Notes: a model not told the origin generated them from the sequence alone. A stretch of DNA of 64,000 nucleotides from Octopus sinensis (GCF_006345805.1 NC_043019.1:20893360-20957359), one strand, 5' to 3'; shown: positions 25,620 through 39,255, numbered from the stretch's first letter. Program-made: numbers and translations.

Positions 25620-26190
25620 ATAAAATATTGACAGCTGACTGGATGGATCCTTTGAACTTTCAGAACGAGAGAACAGGAAATCATGATGTCTTCTGGAGGA
25701 CATTTGTCCACAGCCTTTTAGATTACTGCTTCAAAGTATGGTCACCACACAGTGTAAAATTAACATGCCAGCTACTCTGAGAGACTGAAAGAGTTAAGAC
25801 TCTACTCTCTAGAACAAAGGCGGGAAAGATATGCAGCAATATATATATGGAAAATCGTAGAACTAGTACTTAACTTTGGCATTGTAATTTACACTAACAG
25901 CAGAATGGGGCACCACAACATAGTACCGAAAATTCCAACATTGCCATCAGAATAAAGAATCAGATACTGCAACAGCTTGGGTTTCAAGGGCCCACAGCTC
26001 TTCAATATCCTCCCACAAAGCTTGGGAGTTCTACATGGGGTGGATGTAGGTGTCTTCAAAACAAAACTGGATCTACAGCTGTCAAGAGTCTCAGATAAAC
26101 CTACCGAGGGGCAAGAAGTGCAGATGAGGACAGTGACATCAAATTCAGTTATTCACCAAATGCCACCTATCAGAGGAGGTTTAGTAAAAG
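25620..26190 (+). mobile_element. CR1/Jockey-like LINE C-terminal fragment
   Basis: GFKGPQLFNILP..VFKTKLDLQLSRVSDKP. Confidence 0.65.
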
Positions 26191-26269
26191 TGTACACAGA
26201 CACACACACATCACCACTCTTCCATCACTATAGGATTTTGTGTGTAAATGTGTGTGTATATGTATGTAT

Positions 26270-26316
26270 GTACGTATGTATGTATGTATGTATGTATGTA
26301 TGTATATATATGTGCG

Positions 26317-26355
<39 letters not shown>

Positions 26356-26371
26356 ATATGTATATATATAA

Positions 26372-26428
<57 letters not shown>

Positions 26429-26507
26429 CTATATAATATATATATATCTATCTATATATATATATATATTATATATATTATATATCTATATAATATATAA
26501 TATATAT

Positions 26508-26538
<31 letters not shown>

Positions 26539-26558
26539 CTATACTATATATATATATA

Positions 26559-26598
<40 letters not shown>

Positions 26599-26625
26599 TA
26601 TATATATCTATATCTATCTATATAT

Positions 26626-26664
<39 letters not shown>

Positions 26665-26665
26665 C
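26270..26665. repeat. Long (TA)n-rich microsatellite
   Basis: Direct reading. Confidence 0.95.
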
Positions 26666-27429
26666 TGTAGAGACACTCACACATATATTTACAACATGTT
26701 ATATCCATACATACTTCTATATATTAGTTTTATCATTTAGTAAAATAAGTGTTGCAATATATTTGAAATCTTATATGTTTGTATTATACACTAAGGTTTT
26801 TGTAGTGGTGTTAGATTCTCCTAATAAATAAACAAGTGGCCTTGTAGGAAAAAGCAGCTTAAATCCCAGTTTGCAAGTATTCATTGTTTTTCCTAAGTCA
26901 AATGTTTCAAGGAAGACACCAAACCGTTTGGGAAAATAAAAAGTAATTAATATCATTCGAAAGTTAAAATACTGCTGCTAGTTAAGTAATGAGCTAAATA
27001 TCCATCTGATAAAATGAGTAATGCATGAAAATAATGATTTCATATTTTGGCACAAGGCCAGCAATTTTAAGGGGGGAGCAAGTTGACTACATCGACCCCA
27101 GCACTTAACTGATATTTATTTTATCGACTCCAAAAGGATGAAGAGTAAAGTCGACCTCAGCAGAATTTGAATTTAGAATGTAAAGATGGGGGAAATGCTG
27201 CTTAACATTTTGCTTGGCATGTTAATGATTCTGCCAGATTAATGTTTTTAATCTATAGAAATAATGATAAAAACTTATATAATTCTCCAAAGTGATACCC
27301 AGGGTCTCAGAGGGAAATTTGGAAAAGTGGCAATCAAAACTAATTTTGAGTCCCAAGATAAAGAAAGGAATCTCAAAATTTCAAAATTTCAGACCTCGTG
27401 CCTATAGAAGAAAGGATTATTATTATTAT

Positions 27430-28115
27430 TGAGTAAGAGAGCAGCACATGCCATCAAAGTGACCTTGGGGTACAAATATACAAGGCTTAATATACCCATC
27501 TGTACACCAGGAACATGCATCACAATCATATGTGTGTGACAAGGTGATCTCATATCAAAATAAACAGCATTTGACCTTGCAGATGAAGACTCAATTAGAG
27601 TTTTCTTCAGGTTGAGTAGCCCATCCTACTTAAAAGTCTCTGAATAGGAGTTGTTTAAGGAATATGAACAAAATACCTGTATTACCAGAGGTGAATTATT
27701 CAGACACCAAGAATTATTGTTTGATGCAAACCCATAGCTTATTTTGCTGGATATGTTGGAAAGTGTCAGCTGTCCACAACCGGCAGACTAAGGTGATACT
27801 TGTTTACTGGTCATGCTACAAGAACCCTGCGAAGAATTCTTGCAGTTCTGAGCAATGCTGATTTTTGTAGGTGTTCTGCCTTTGCATTTGTACCAGTATT
27901 TTTGGGCCATGATGGTAGTTGGGTGCTGATACTTTCAAGTGCACCAATTACTATTGGTACCATGTCTTCTCTCCTCATTGACCACGACCTTCATATTTCC
28001 TACTTCAAATTATCATAGTTGTTCAGTTTTTCTTCTTCTTTCTCTTTGATCCTGTTGTCAATGGGACATGCTATGTTAATTATTAAGCATGTTCTTTCTT
28101 TATAATTATCATCAT
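27430..28115 (-). mobile_element. R4/Dong-type LINE 3' end (endonuclease C-terminus plus deleted 3' UTR ending in (AAT)n)
   Basis: KERTCLIINIACPIDNRIKEKEEEKLNNYDNLK..VPIVIGAL..LQKSALLRTARILRRV, followed by sequence matching 16874-17150. Confidence 0.7.
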
Positions 28116-29129
28116 CATCATCATTGTTATTATTACGCAGGAGTGGCTGTGTGGTAAGTAGCTTGCTTACCAACCACATGGTTCTGGGTTCAGTCCCACG
28201 GCGTGGCACCTTGGGCAAGTGTCTTCTACAATAGCCTCAGGCCGACCAAAGTATATGAGTGGATTTGGTAGATGGAAACTGAAAGAAGCCCGTCGTGTAT
28301 ATGTATATGTTTGTGTTTGTGTGTCTGTGTTTGTCCCCCACCCCCAACATCGCTTGATAACCAATGCTGGTGTGTTTATGTCTCCGTTAGCAGTTTGGCA
28401 AAAGAGACTGATAGAATAAGTACTAGGCTTACAAAGAATAAGACCTGGGTCGATTTGCTCGACTAAAGGCAGTGCTCCAGCATGGCCGCAGTCAGATGAC
28501 TGAAACGAGTAAAAGAGTAAAAGAGTATTACTTTTTACTATTATGAAGGAAGCAAGATGGCAAAATTGTTAGCATGTTGGACAATTCACTTAGCAGCAGT
28601 TCTTCCAGTTCTTTATGTTCTAAATTCGAATCCTGCCAAGGCTGAGTTTGCATTCATCCTTTTGCAGTGTTGATAAACTGAAGTACCAGTTTAGGGCATT
28701 ACTGTTGATGTAATCACAAACCCCTTCACCAAACACTTTGCTGGCCTTATGCCAAAATATTAAAAACCATTATTTTCTACATGGATGAACTGCTTTTGAT
28801 TATTTTCTTTCTTTGACCATGTTTCTGAGACTCTGAAAAATGTTACATCTTACTACTAACTTAGCGATAACAATCTTGCTACTATCTTAGCAATAACAAT
28901 AACAATAAAGACATTTTTTGGTAAAGTATCGATTTTTAATGGTGGCACAATGCCTTAAATGTGAATGGAAGGGATGGATAGTGAATATTTATTATCATAA
29001 ATGCAATAATCATATGGTACTTATTTTATAGACCCTGAAACTATGAAAGACAAGTTGATCTGAATTTGAATTCAGATCATAAAGTTTCTTGTTTTGATAT
29101 TCAAAAAATATAAAGTTGGCAATACTTAC

Positions 29130-29150
29130 ATCCACTGTCTCGTCTCTTAG
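29130..29150 (-). CDS. ITIH: ITIH-like 21-nt micro-exon (T-KRRDSG)
   Basis: TTTCTCTATATTGCAG|CTAAGAGACGAGACAGTGGAT|GTAAGTAT; phase 1-1, open, consensus splice sites. Confidence 0.65.
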
Positions 29151-29304
29151 CTGCAATATAGAGAAACACCAAGATAAAGAGAATGCTTTGATATAGGATA
29201 TATTAATATTAAAACTTATTGGTCGCAATTACAATTAGTTTCATTATGTATCTATATATATTAGTTTCATTTCTATTTCAATATGTATTTATATACATGT
29301 TTGA

Positions 29305-29335
<31 letters not shown>

Positions 29336-29563
29336 TGTATATATATATATAAGTGTATATATATATATAATTGAAATTTACCGAAAAACAAAAGAGGAAG
29401 ACAGGTGTATAAACAACAAACAGGTTATTAGTTTAACGCTCAGGAAGGTAAGAAAGTTTTTTACATTTTGAGCCTATGCTCTTAAACAGAAAGGAACATG
29501 AACAACTATACAGAGAGAAAAAAAAAAAAAACTTTAGGAGCTATTGGTCAATCATGGCGGCTG

Positions 29564-29627
<64 letters not shown>

Positions 29628-30867
29628 TTATATCTTTTTGTGTATATATATGTATATATGTATGTATATATGTGTATATATATATGTGTGTGTGTTTATG
29701 TGTGTATATATATGTGTAATAATATATATATATGTATGTATGTATACATATATATGTGTGTGTAAAAAGAAGACTGTTGTATATATGAGTATATTTGTGT
29801 GAGTGTCTGTGTTTGTACCCCCACCATTGCTTGATAACTGATGTTGGTGTGTTTACATGCCCATAACTTAGTGGTTCAGCAAAAGAAACTGATAGAATAA
29901 GTACTAGGCTTACAAAAAATAAATCCTGTGGTCAATTTTTTCGACCAAAGGTGGTGCTCCAGCTTGGCTGAAGTCACATGACTAAAACAAGTAAAACAAT
30001 AAAAAAACTATGCCATTTTAATCCTGAGCAAGGCTGGGTATCTCTGCTAGTGTATATATAAATATAAAAAAATGAAACAAAAATGCAATAGAGGACAATA
30101 AAACATATGGACAGATCGACGATACAAAGGTGGACAGAAAAAACAACAATTAAATGGGCACCAAAAAAGGACAGGTCATTCGTGGCCTTCTTTCTTCAGT
30201 CAAGTTATCTGATATCCTTACAGTTTCGGGCAGTTACACTTGAGACTGCTTGATCTGGCTGCCCCCAAAAATGTCTAAGTTAAGAGCATTAGATTTTTTG
30301 CAAGAAAACGAACGAATGTGTACAACAACAAAGATGAAAAACTGAGAACGGAGACAAAAAACAGAGAACATGTTACACAGTTACAAATACAAACAACAAG
30401 AATATAACAACAGGTGTCTTTCGACTGAGGACAAATCAAATCGAGCTGGTGTGTAAAAAGCGAAAGGCTCAATGCAGGAACATAAGAGATGGACATAAGA
30501 GATGTTGGTGGTCAGCAGTCAGGCAAAGAAAGAAAGATCATGGCTGGTTGAACACTGGTCACATGAAAGGAGGAGAGAGGGTAGGGGGCAGTGGGATTGA
30601 AGGATTAGGGGAAGAATGGAACCATGAATCATCAAAATCTGTAAGGGGACTGGCACGTAATGTTCTTCATTCATGAACAAGAGTGTTACATCATGCAAAA
30701 AACTTTTTTTCTGGTCAATAAAGATAAAAATTAATGTCGGTGGCATTAGGTTGGTTGAGTGATCTGTCACTATGTTCTGTTTGGAGAGAAGTTCTAATTG
30801 TTAATTTTTATCTTTATTCACCAGAAGAAAACAATTTTCTTTTTTTGCATGATGTAACACTCTTGTT

Positions 30868-31438
30868 CAGTGGTTCTCAAACTGGGGTCTGCGGTTCCCT
30901 AGGAGATTGCAAAGCGATTTTAGCAGGGGACTGTGAAGGGATGCTGAAGTATAGTGAAAACAGGGTGGCTTTTGACAGTTAAATCTAAAAATTTCAAGAC
31001 TTTCAATTTATCGCATGCTATCATCCTTTTTTGTTGTTGGCCTCAAAAACCCATGCCATTCCTACACATTCATGTGCTAATCATACATGTGCAACAAGTG
31101 TAATTGGCTGATAGAAAATATACAGGTATAACAGTTGATTGTGCATGTGTTGTCAGTATTTTTCGTTTCTCATTTGTTTTATAACCAATTGATCAATTGA
31201 TTCCCCATATTTTCATGTGTATTTATTGTATCCCAATGGTGCATTGCCTGGATGAAGCTGTGGCTTTCAAGGTTGCAGGTCTATGGGCAGTGTGGATCAT
31301 AGTCTGGAAATTACAATACATGAATGTATGTCATTTTTCCCATGTTGATTATCCTGCATTTTATAGGGGATCATGAATCATCAAAAAATCTGTAAGGGCA
31401 CTGACACATAAAATTTTAAAAAAGTTTGAGAACCATAG
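30868..31438. mobile_element. hAT-type non-autonomous element (571 bp)
   Basis: TIRs CAGTGGTTCTCAAAC / GTTTGAGAACCATAG; perfect 8-bp TSD CTCTTGTT at 30860-30867 and 31439-31446. Confidence 0.85.
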
Positions 31439-31534
31439 CTCTTGTTCCTCAGTAAAGAACATGTCTGAAACAGCTCTAGTGAACAACAACCCATGTCTGA
31501 AACAGCTGTAGTGAACAGCTGTAGTGTTATTAGT

Positions 31535-31565
<31 letters not shown>

Positions 31566-31914
31566 CGTGTGTGTGCTTGAGGAGACCTGTTGAATCAAGT
31601 TTGTTAAGACACCCATGCTGGTGACACGTAAAAGCACCGTTCGAGTGTGGTAGTTACTAGCGTCGCCTGACTGACATCCGTGTTGGTGACACGTAAAAGT
31701 ACCAACCGATTCTGGCCATTTGCCAGCTTGCTCTGGTTCCTGTGCCGGTGGCACGTAAAAAACACCCACTACACTCACGAAGTGGTTGGCGTTAAGAAGA
31801 GCATCCAGCTGCAGAAACACTGCCAAACCAGACTGGAGCCTGGTGCAGCCTCCTTGGCTTACCAGACCCCGGTCGAACCGTTCAACCTATGCTAGCATGG
31901 AAAACGGACGTTAA

Positions 31915-31955
<41 letters not shown>

Positions 31956-33243
31956 ATATGTATGTATGTATTGTGGACTCTCCTGTTGTGGACCACAGGA
32001 TGAAGGTCTTACAATATTTTTATGAACAACCTTTGCAGATGATTTATCAACAGCAATCAGATATTTGTGCTGTATATCAGCTTACTCCTTCCATCAAATC
32101 GACATTGATTGCACATCTGGCACAGTGTGCCACAGGCCAGATGTTGAAGTGATTGCAGAATAATGTGAAGTGAAGTGTTTTGCTTAAGAGCACAATGCAT
32201 TGCCCATGATATTACGACCACGAATGCAACACCTTAACTATGGGATTCTGTGCCTTCTAAACATAAGTAATCTAAGTAAATCAATATTTTGTCAAAAATC
32301 CCAATAAATCTACTGGCTCGTATATGATTATTTTTTTGTATTTTTCATATTTCATATAATTTTATATAAAAAAATGATGCATCCACCCCACCCCTACACG
32401 CTTAAATGAAAAATTATTTTAACCTAGTTTTTTAATAATAGTTGGGAGATATATATTACATGGTGAATGAAATATGTTTTATTTACAGAAAATATTGCAG
32501 GGAGTGGGATCTCTCCCACCCACCCCACCCCGAAAAAAAGAAAAAAGAAAGCAGGGAAGGGCTGGGGAAGATGGGTTGGGGAATATTGTCTGAATTAGCA
32601 AAATAGAATTACTTTAGCATTTGTCTCAAGAAAGATGTGAAATTTTTGGATTGAATAATAAATTGCATAGTTTGGTAATTTTAATTACAATCATTTGGGA
32701 ATATGGCATGGTAACAACTTGAATGTGTAATGTCTGCAATGAGTTAGCTTCTGACTTGTACACGTAGGCGCACATGAACAAACACACACTCATGCTCATT
32801 TGTACGAACATACATACATATATACACAGGGCTGGTGCTAGGAAGTGTGGGGGCCTAGTTAGAGAATTGTCAGTGGGGCCTGCCACTCATCAAAAGCTGA
32901 AGGTTGATGTTTTATGTTTTGTGTGGTATGCCAGTACCAACTAAGAAGCAATGAGCAATTAACAACTCAATTAATTAACACACCAACTCAACCACATATT
33001 TACAAACACCAGGAAAATTTTTTTGTTTTGCATATTTGTAATCTCCTACATAGGAAGCAAAAAAAAAAAGATTTCCAAAAAATGCATTTTTGAAGGATGG
33101 GTGTGAAACTGCATTAGCCCCCTTTTCACTTTACTAGAATGAAGAACAACTCAAAATAACAAGATGAAGATATAAATATCCACAAGCAAGCATAACAAAT
33201 ATGTATCCCCATCATCAGCTGCCAAATTGATATCACTATGATT

Positions 33244-33328
<85 letters not shown>

Positions 33329-33385
33329 CGGAGATGTACTTGCATAGCAAGTGATCTGATCTGCAATTATATGTATATATATATA

Positions 33386-34038
33386 TACAAGATAAGAAAA
33401 TGGAGAAATACATCTAAATCAAATATCAATTACCAGATAATACTCAATCACACACCTTATTAAACCACCATATAAGAGACTGTAGGGTTAAACATAAAAA
33501 GCAGAACAAATCAGTGTACATAAAGGAATGTACATAAAAAAGTGTACATAAAAGAGTGATTTTGTATAATAAGTAGAATATATATAAAAAAGAGAATATA
33601 CATATAAGTAAATATAAATATAAGTATAGATTACATCTTACAGCTGTTTCGGCCATGTAGATAAGTATGTCTCATTTTACCAATATTGGCTTTAAGGCCA
33701 ATATTGGTAAAATGAGACATATTGGCCTTAAGGCCAATATTGGTAAAATGAGACATACTTATCTACATGGCCGAAACAGCTGTAAGATGTAATCTATACT
33801 TATATTTATATTTACTTATATGTATATTCTCTTTTTTATATACATTCTACTTATTATACAACATCACTCTTTTATGTACACTTTTTTATGTACATTCCTT
33901 TATGTACACTGATTTGTTCTGCTTTTTTATGTTTAACCCTACAGTCTCTTATGTGGTGGTTTAATAAGGTATGTGATTGAGTATTATCTGGTAATTGATA
34001 TTTGATTTAGATGTATTTCTCCATTTTCTTATCTTGTA
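33386..34038. repeat. ~653-bp near-perfect palindrome (fold-back), probably Penelope-type
   Basis: 33386-~33690 is the reverse complement of ~33735-34038 with a few substitutions; each arm carries GGCCGAAACAGCTGTAAG. Confidence 0.9.
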
Positions 34039-34179
34039 ATAATACAGTAAATGAATTGATTGCATCACAATCCTTAACATTTATGTATTAACTTTGTTGG
34101 GTACTTCACTAGCAGTATATTGGATATATGTTATCCCATGGAGGGTTGCATTTACAACCCCTATCTCAATTTGTATATT

Positions 34180-34273
<94 letters not shown>

Positions 34274-34740
34274 CATACACACACACAGATGCACACATAT
34301 GCAGATCACAATATATTCTTGGCTCGATGGCAGCTCAGTGTAGACACTGATGTAAACATGAGATTAGGAAAACCTCTTTACTCAGAAGCCATCTGAAAAC
34401 TGCTATTCTTATTGTGAAACTAAAAGTAATGCAACCATGGACAATTTTATGCATTATATTACAATATATATTTACATTAATACCATATCAAATGTTGTTT
34501 ACATTTTCTATTTTCTTTCTTACGAATATAATATAATCAAAATGTAAATATATATATATATATATACATATATAGAATTTCATAACTATGTACAGTGATT
34601 GACATCTCTGGTTGTCAAAACAACAAACATACATATGCCTATATGTAAGTGTGCATGCTTAGAAGCAGACACATATACATACACACCTCCCCCATACACA
34701 CACTCACACATATATATGTATATGTGTGTGTGTGTGTACA

Positions 34741-34809
<69 letters not shown>

Positions 34810-35032
34810 CATCATCATCATCATATATATATATATATACATATCATCATCATCATCATATATATATATATATATATAGATCTCTCTCTTTCTATATATA
34901 TATATATATATTATATATATACATATATATATATAACGCGAAGGTTTACGGAAATAAACAAAAGACGAAGGCAGGTGGAGTACAAACAAACAAATGTATT
35001 AGTATGGCGCTCAGGAATAGAAATAGAACAAG

Positions 35033-35070
35033 TCTTTTACGTTTCGAGCCTACGCTCTTCGACAGAAAGA
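35033..35070 (-). ncRNA. Minimal type-I hammerhead-ribozyme-like motif (CUGUCGA core variant) in a ~160-bp element in (TA)n
   Basis: Minus strand TCTTT-CTGTCGA-A-GAGC-GTAG-GCTC-GAAAC-GTA-AAAGA; identical to 40835-40872. Confidence 0.55.
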
Positions 35071-35479
35071 TACACAGGAAAAAACATATATATATATATA
35101 TGATGAGGGATGAGATGAACTGGAAGGTAAGGGCTGTAATGTCAAATGGCTGAAGGACCCCACCAGGACAGGAAGGGGAATAGAGAGGAAGTGAGGGAAG
35201 CAAGACCAGGGTCATCCTCTTTTGGTCTGGGGTAGCGGTGGTGAATGGACATGAGTGGAGTGAGCAGGTGAAAAGGGATTGGTAGTAGCAGCTGCTATCG
35301 TTAGGTGAGACGGAGAGGGCATGCATTTGGATTTAACACAGCTGGACAGCCCACAACGAGGCGTAAGTGAACTGTATTTTATCCTGCACATTACAGTTCT
35401 CTCATACCACAAGATATTTCATCTCCCGTTTATAAATATATTCTTCCATTGTTGTTGTCCCCTTCCACATGATGGCAGC

Positions 35480-35900
35480 AAAGATAAGAATCAGCAGCAA
35501 TGCTATCAGACCTTTCCATGGCAAAGGAGATGTGATTGGCTGCCAGTCAACAAGGTATTGATGACGTAGAAGGTCTCATGACTCTGTATCTGGAGGGAAG
35601 CACGTTGATGCTCATGATGGATGAGGAAGACCAACTGAGCGCGGTGAAGATCAAGCAGCGCTTGAGGGAAGCCTATACAGAGAGAATGTATGCTGCATTT
35701 AATAGCTGGGAATGGTCAGGTGGACAGGGAAACAGGTCAACAAGTATGCTGTGGAGGTTCAGAGACTGGCCATGCTATCCGGTTTTACTGGAGAGGGTCT
35801 AGAGAAGGCGGCATGACTGGTCTTCATAAATAGCTTTCAGTGTGACTGCAACAACTGCCCACATTGCAGAAATCACAATTTAAGTATATCTCAAAGCAAA
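35480..35900 (+). mobile_element. Gypsy-like gag fragment
   Basis: LMTLYLEGSTLMLMMDEEDQLSAVKIKQRLREAYT resembles invertebrate Gypsy gag; recognition from memory only. Confidence 0.5.
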
Positions 35901-36311
35901 CTCTTACAGTGTTGTACCATTGAATTATATCTTGTATGCTTGGGTGGTTCTACAGCTTTCAAGAGTACAATTGTATTCATCTTGGCTTAGGAAAAATGAC
36001 TAAATTGTGGGAGTTAAGTCCACATTAGGGGGTCTTACTAGCTCCTAAGAAGTTGAAATTTTAGAAATATTACTTTAGTTATGTCTAATATCTATGGCTA
36101 AAATTTCATCAACAGCAAAGATAGATTAATTTTAATGGGGGTTATGGCCTCATTTATGCCCCCTCACTATATATGTGTATATAAATATATATATACACAC
36201 ACACACACATATACATGTATATATATACACACACACACATATACATGTATATGAGAGAGATGCATGTATGCACATCTATCTATCTATTTATATGTGTGTG
36301 TGTGTTTATTT

Positions 36312-36351
<40 letters not shown>

Positions 36352-38231
36352 GTGTATATAAATCCACACATGCATATACATATTCGAAGTACTCGATTAA
36401 ATAAAAAGAATATTTAGACTTTCACTGCACCCCCCTCCCATCCCATCACCACCCCCACCCTTTACCATGGCAGCCCGTTTGTTGCTCAGTCTTCGAGTGC
36501 TGTCTTGGGTATCGGCGATCGTCTTGACATTGCTTTCTCTTTCTCGCTTCCATTAATGAAATACGTTCCTTGCCATTGTATTGGAGTTTGATATTAAATA
36601 CCCCATTGTACACCCTTCCCACCTTTCTCTCTTGCAAATGTGTTAGATTATGGCCATCAGATGTATATTAATTATATATACACATGTATCATGAGGAAAT
36701 TACCCTAGCAGACACCATAAATATAGCATCATATTTTCAATAGTTGTACTAAACATCTACATATATGTTGCGTGTGTGCTTGTGTGTGGTGTGCGTATGT
36801 ATCTATTTCTCTGTCTGTATATGTCATTAGCAATATTGCAACCCCAAACAAATTTTGAGTAGTCGTTGTTTATATTCCCATATGATCGGGATTAAAAAGT
36901 TAAACTATAAGCTTATATAAATAATTCCAAAGTAGAAATATATAGAATATATTGGCCTAACATTTCAAAAAAAAATTCTTTATCAGAGACAATAGTATTT
37001 TCTTTTCGTAAGAAATAGAGAGAAAAAAAGGAAGATAAAAATGCTGAATCAGAAAGGAGTGGGATGAAGATAAAATGGTTAAAAATAGAGAGAAGTTAGA
37101 AGGAGATACTATTTTTGATGGCATATAATTTTCCCACCAAAAATGTGACAAAAAAAAAAAAACACCCTGGGTCCTCTTGCATTTTTTTTATTACTGTAGT
37201 CCTTATATTACTGCCGGTGGCACATAAAAAGCACAATCCGATCGTGGCCGTTGCCAGCCTCGTCTGGTACCTGTGCCGGTGGCATGTAAAAAGCATGTAA
37301 AAAGCACCCATTACACTCTCGGAGTGGTTGGTGTTAGGAAGGGCATCCAGCTGTAGAAACACTGCCAGATCAGACTGGAGCCTGGTGCAGCCTCCTGGCT
37401 TCCTAGACCCCAGTTGAACTGTCCAACCCATGCTAGCATGGAAAGCGGACGTTAAATGGTGATGACGACGATGATGATGAATCATGAAAGATATTTTCAC
37501 TAGCTTGATTTTCTGCTTTATGGTCAGCTCTCATGCTAACTTGCTTTTTATATACAGCGTACGCAAGAAGACACTCCCACCACAACAGAATTGAAATCCT
37601 AAAATTAAGGTGCCACATAAACAGCATTGGTGTGGGTGCTGGTACCATGTAAAAAGGACTGGTGATGGTCCCACATAAAAAGCATCCGGTACATTCTGTA
37701 GAGTGGTTAACATTTGGCAGGGCATCCAGCTGTAGAAACCAGAGCTAAAACAGATTATGGAACCTGGTACAGCCCCTGGCCTTGCCAGTTCCTATCAAGC
37801 TGTGCATATATACGACAGGCTTCTTTTCAGTTTCTGCCTAACAAATCCACTCACAAGGCTTTGGTCAGCCCAAGGCTATAGTAAAAGACACTTGCCCAAG
37901 GTTGGGACTGAACCTGGAACCGTGTGGTTGGGAAGCAAGCTCCTTACCACTCAGCTATGCCTGTGGCCTAAAAATATTGCTTCCCAAGCATTTTTTTTTT
38001 TAAAGTAAATTTTTTTAATGAAACAATGGCATCTTATACTTTAGCAAATACAGTAAATAACATGAGTCCTTTAGTTCATTCCTATACAATTCCTGCCTGA
38101 TTTTTCCCCTCTTGGTTTCGTCCAGCAAAAGAGCCTTTGCTCATGACTTTTGCAGGCCATTCCAAGGCCTGTGATAGTGATATGATTAATGTACTTCTTA
38201 AACAGTTGTAAGTTAGAGACTGCGACCAGAT

Positions 38232-38234
<3 letters not shown>

Positions 38235-38262
<28 letters not shown>

Positions 38263-38360
38263 GAAGAAGAAGAAGAAGAAGAAGAAGAAGAAGAAGAAGA
38301 AGAAAGAAGAAGAAGAAGCAGAAGAAGAAGAAGAAAGAAGAAGAAGAAGAAGAAGAAGAA
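38235..38360. repeat. (GAA)n microsatellite
   Basis: Direct reading. Confidence 0.95.
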
Positions 38361-38507
38361 AAACTGGAGAAAGAAAGAAACCTATGCAAGAAGGAGTGAA
38401 TTCTTGAGGGCCAAGATCTAGAATGTGAAAGACTGGTAAGGTTAGTATTAGTGTAGGACCAAAAGATTCACACTTTATGTATCTGATTATTAAAATGGAT
38501 TACTTAC

Positions 38508-38540
38508 TTGCCAGGTATTCTACATTTCCACTTCGAGACA
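38508..38540 (-). CDS. ITIH: ITIH-like 33-nt micro-exon (M-SRSGNVEYLA)
   Basis: TCTTCTTTTCAATTTTTCAG|TGTCTCGAAGTGGAAATGTAGAATACCTGGCAA|GTAAGTAA; phase 1-1, open. Confidence 0.7.
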
Positions 38541-38714
38541 CTGAAAAATTGAAAAGAAGAATGATAATTTACAATTGGCACAAAAAGCATATTTATGTGT
38601 GTGTGTGTGTGTATTTGTGTGTGTGTATAAAATAGGTAGAGTGGAGATTGTAGTGTAACCTTTTATAAAGCCCACTGTTCACTTATTGCTTATACTCTAT
38701 AATTGAGGTAAACT

Positions 38715-39108
38715 CTCTTTTACTCTTTTACTTGTTTCAGTCATTTCACTGTAGCCATGCTGGAGCACCGTCTTTAGTCGAGCAAATCGACCCCAGGACT
38801 TATTCTTTGTAAGCCTAGTACTTATTCTATCGGTCTCTTTTGCCGAACCGCAAAGTAACACACATGCATCGGTTGTCAAGCAATGCTAGGGGGACAAGCA
38901 CAGACACACAAACATACACACACATATATATATATACATATATACGACGGGCTTCTTTCAGTTTCCGCCTACCAAATCCACTCACAAGGCATTGGTCGGC
39001 CCGGGGCTATAGCAGAAGACACTTGCCCAAGGTGCCACGCAGTGGGACTGAACCCGGAACCATGTGGCTGGTTAGCAAGCTACTTACCACACAGCCACTC
39101 CTGCACCC
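38715..39108 (-). mobile_element. SINE family A copy
   Basis: Reverse complement of 2958-3348. Confidence 0.85.
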
Positions 39109-39192
39109 TATATATATATATATATATAGTATATATATATATATATATAATATATATATATATATAATATATATATATAATATATAATATAT

Positions 39193-39255
<63 letters not shown>

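Noticed and set aside
33004-33045. Candidate third linker micro-exon (GDYKYAKQKNFPG)
   Set aside because: The acceptor is good and it preserves frame, but the donors are weak (GTGTTT or GTAAAT); it cannot be supported without RNA data.
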